Source of the DNA: Lingula anatina
Lineage: Eukaryota > Animalia > Brachiopoda
Reading direction: 5' to 3'
Assembly (NCBI GenBank): GCA_051362555.1
Contig: CM120643.1
Span: forward strand, 12,684,644-12,748,643
DNA: 64,000 bases
Positions 62,901 through 64,000 of the stretch are shown here, piece by piece. Every line of letters starts with the position of its first letter. The stretch's first letter is position 1. Position numbers and translations under genes: made by a program. The notes beneath the pieces are model-generated. The model made no database searches, had not been told where the DNA came from, and was given only the letters and a program-made list of their open reading frames with translations.

Positions 62901-64000
62901 AATGTGCCTGGGGGTTATTAAATGATAAGATAAGAACACTGGAAAAGATTATCAGATCACATTTCAGTTTTGATTATCTGTGACGCACTGGATATTATTT
63001 TGTTTACTGAGTTTGAGAAGGATTTGTGAGGCAGTGTGATATTGATGTGTCCCATATAGGTTATTTACTTGACGTAGTGTAGAATCAATGTCTTCAGGGT
63101 TAAGAGATGTCAGGTCTAGAACCTGGCTTTCTGCGTCATTAACACAGTAACAAAGGCAATTTTTGTTTATGTTTGCACAGCACTCTGAGCCTTGTGGTCT
63201 GTAATATTGTTTGAGCACTAGGCAATTTTTTTTTCCAAAAGCAGTCACATGTAAAAATTGCTCTTTGAGAAGTAAAATTTAATATATATATTTTTAGTGT
63301 TTGACTTCCTTAATATTAAATAGATAACTGGGTCTTCATTTTAGCTATTGTTAGTTTAAAATGCTAGGTACAACTTATTTTATTTTTTACTGTGTATTGA
63401 AAATATTCCAGTGAATCTGTCTCCATATCTGTCTCCAAACATTTCAGTTTCAAAGATTTGTAATTTTTAAGTATTTTTTCAATATCTGAATAATTCATAC
63501 TGGTTCCTGACATAATTTGCTTACATTTTGAAAAGGCAAAATTACCAAGTTGTTTGAGAATTTAGCAATACGCTTGTTGTACATACTGCATTACGTTATA
63601 GATCACATTATATTTGTACAACGGTAACTTTGACTTTTCTGTTTTGGATTTCCAGAATGTTCTGGATGGGGATTTGTGTGAAATGTTTACGTCAATGGAG
63701 CCACACAAACAGAAGAGTGTTGCAGAGGAGTTGGACAGAACCCCTAGTGAGGTATGGACTTTTTTTTTTCATTAATTTGTTTTTAAGAATAAATTGTTAA
63801 AACTTAGCAAATATTTCCAAAGCAATTATATCGGAAGTTTAAGTGTCAAATGTTATGGTTTATATATATTTATGTGAGCTGTCCTCATTTATAAATGTGA
63901 TTATCAAACATTATGCTTCATTTTACTTTATTTTATTGATTAATTTCTTCATATTTGTCCCTTATGTTTTTTTGTTAACATTTTTAGGTATCCAAAAAGC
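49935..64000 (+). CDS. SF3B3: Splicing factor 3B subunit 3 (SAP130); last coding exon truncated by the window end
   Basis: Exons 49935-50160, 50603-50773, 51144-51316, 52003-52144, 52569-52681, 52951-53088, 53609-53712, 54231-54396, 54814-54909, 55307-55379, 56724-56875, 57191-57346, 57527-57682, 58135-58272, 58648-58770, 59147-59301, 59560-59734, 60010-60215, 60547-60829, 61165-61377, 61640-61882, 62236-62340, 63656-63751, 63988-end. Hallmark sequences: [40 protein letters not shown]. Confidence 0.99.
50366..50506. mobile_element. MITE with CAGGGATGTG termini, copy 2
   Basis: Same TIRs, (CA)n tract and internal GGGATAATT..GTCAATTTT as the 13020 copy. Confidence 0.7.
51428..51753. mobile_element. 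Non-autonomous Kolobok-like DNA transposon, copy 2
   Basis: TTAA duplication; TIR AG(T/G)GATAATAACTCTTCGT; internal similarity to copy 1. Confidence 0.85.
52280..52511. mobile_element. Tc1/mariner-like MITE
   Basis: TA flanks; imperfect ~25-bp TIR CATTCGACCCAGAAAGTTGGAAACA vs TGTTTCCGAAATCTTTTGGTCGAGTG. Confidence 0.7.
53470..53540 (+). ncRNA. Intronic box C/D snoRNA, SNORD105-like guide (18S Um, human U799 equivalent)
   Basis: Terminal stem TTCTGA/TCAGAA; C box ATGATGT 53477; guide CAAAGTAAACG 53490-53500 complementary to 18S CGTTTACTTTG; D' CTGA 53503; C'-like GTGACTGA; D CTGA 53531. Lies 68 nt upstream of the 3' splice site. Confidence 0.85.
53904..54040 (+). ncRNA. Intronic box H/ACA snoRNA with two 28S pseudouridylation pockets
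   Basis: Hairpin 1 GCAAGT/ACTTGC; H box AGAGAA 53964-53969; hairpin 2 CAGAG/CTCTG; ACA at 54035 followed by TTT. Pockets match 28S TCTAG-TA-GCTGGT and CCTAT-TC-TCAAACT. Confidence 0.85.
56359..56418 (+). other. Candidate poison (PTC) cassette exon in SF3B3
   Basis: Acceptor ctacttttctttccag; donor GAG|gtaaag; branch-like TACTAAT 56297-56303. In the host phase it reads [14 protein letters not shown] at 56391. Confidence 0.65.
57967..58045 (+). ncRNA. Intronic box C/D snoRNA, SNORD126-like guide (28S Am, human A1323 equivalent), copy 1
   Basis: Perfect 9-bp terminal stem AGTTTTGGA/TCCAAAACT; C box ATGATGT; guide TCCGTGTTTCA 57992-58002 complementary to 28S TGAAACACGGA; D' ATGA; D CTGA 58033. 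Confidence 0.88.
58993..59078 (+). ncRNA. Intronic box C/D snoRNA, SNORD126-like guide, copy 2
   Basis: Stem GAACTGTTT/AAACAGTTC; C box ATGATGC 59007; same guide TCCGTGTTTCA 59021-59031; D' ATGA; D CTGA 59062. Lies 68 nt from the 3' splice site. Confidence 0.88.
59727..59860. repeat. Minisatellite, 25-bp unit, ~5 copies at an SF3B3 donor
   Basis: Unit tgataggagaatgtctcagaggttt. Confidence 0.8.

Noticed and set aside
63095-63255. Hairpin plus ACAGTA box in an SF3B3 intron
   Set aside because: One-sided pocket, wrong spacing, no second hairpin closed by ACA.

Overview
AT-rich, intron-rich animal genomic DNA (invertebrate bilaterian, probably a mollusc or other lophotrochozoan; not provable from sequence alone). 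Five spliced protein genes can be built with GT-AG introns and consistent phases. (1) A long minus-strand coiled-coil gene (ATG 26345, running off the left end), head-to-head with (2) a flavin-containing monooxygenase (+, 26880-29591). (3) CYHR1/ZFTRAF1 (+, 31372-34565). (4) COG4 (-, 49310-39285), head-to-head with (5) SF3B3 (+, ATG 49935, running off the right end); this COG4/SF3B3 pair also exists in human. Hidden layers: four intronic snoRNAs in SF3B3 (three C/D, one H/ACA) with readable rRNA guides; candidate poison exons in SF3B3 and CYHR1; a coiled-coil gene built from phase-0 exons quantised in heptad/hendecad units, with micro-exons and alternative first exons, one tandemly duplicated and carrying a PP1 RVxF motif; tandem repeats seeded on splice junctions in three genes; and several MITE families, including two fully palindromic Harbinger-type elements. 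rRNA sequences, numbering and human homologue names are recalled from memory and need confirmation by alignment.
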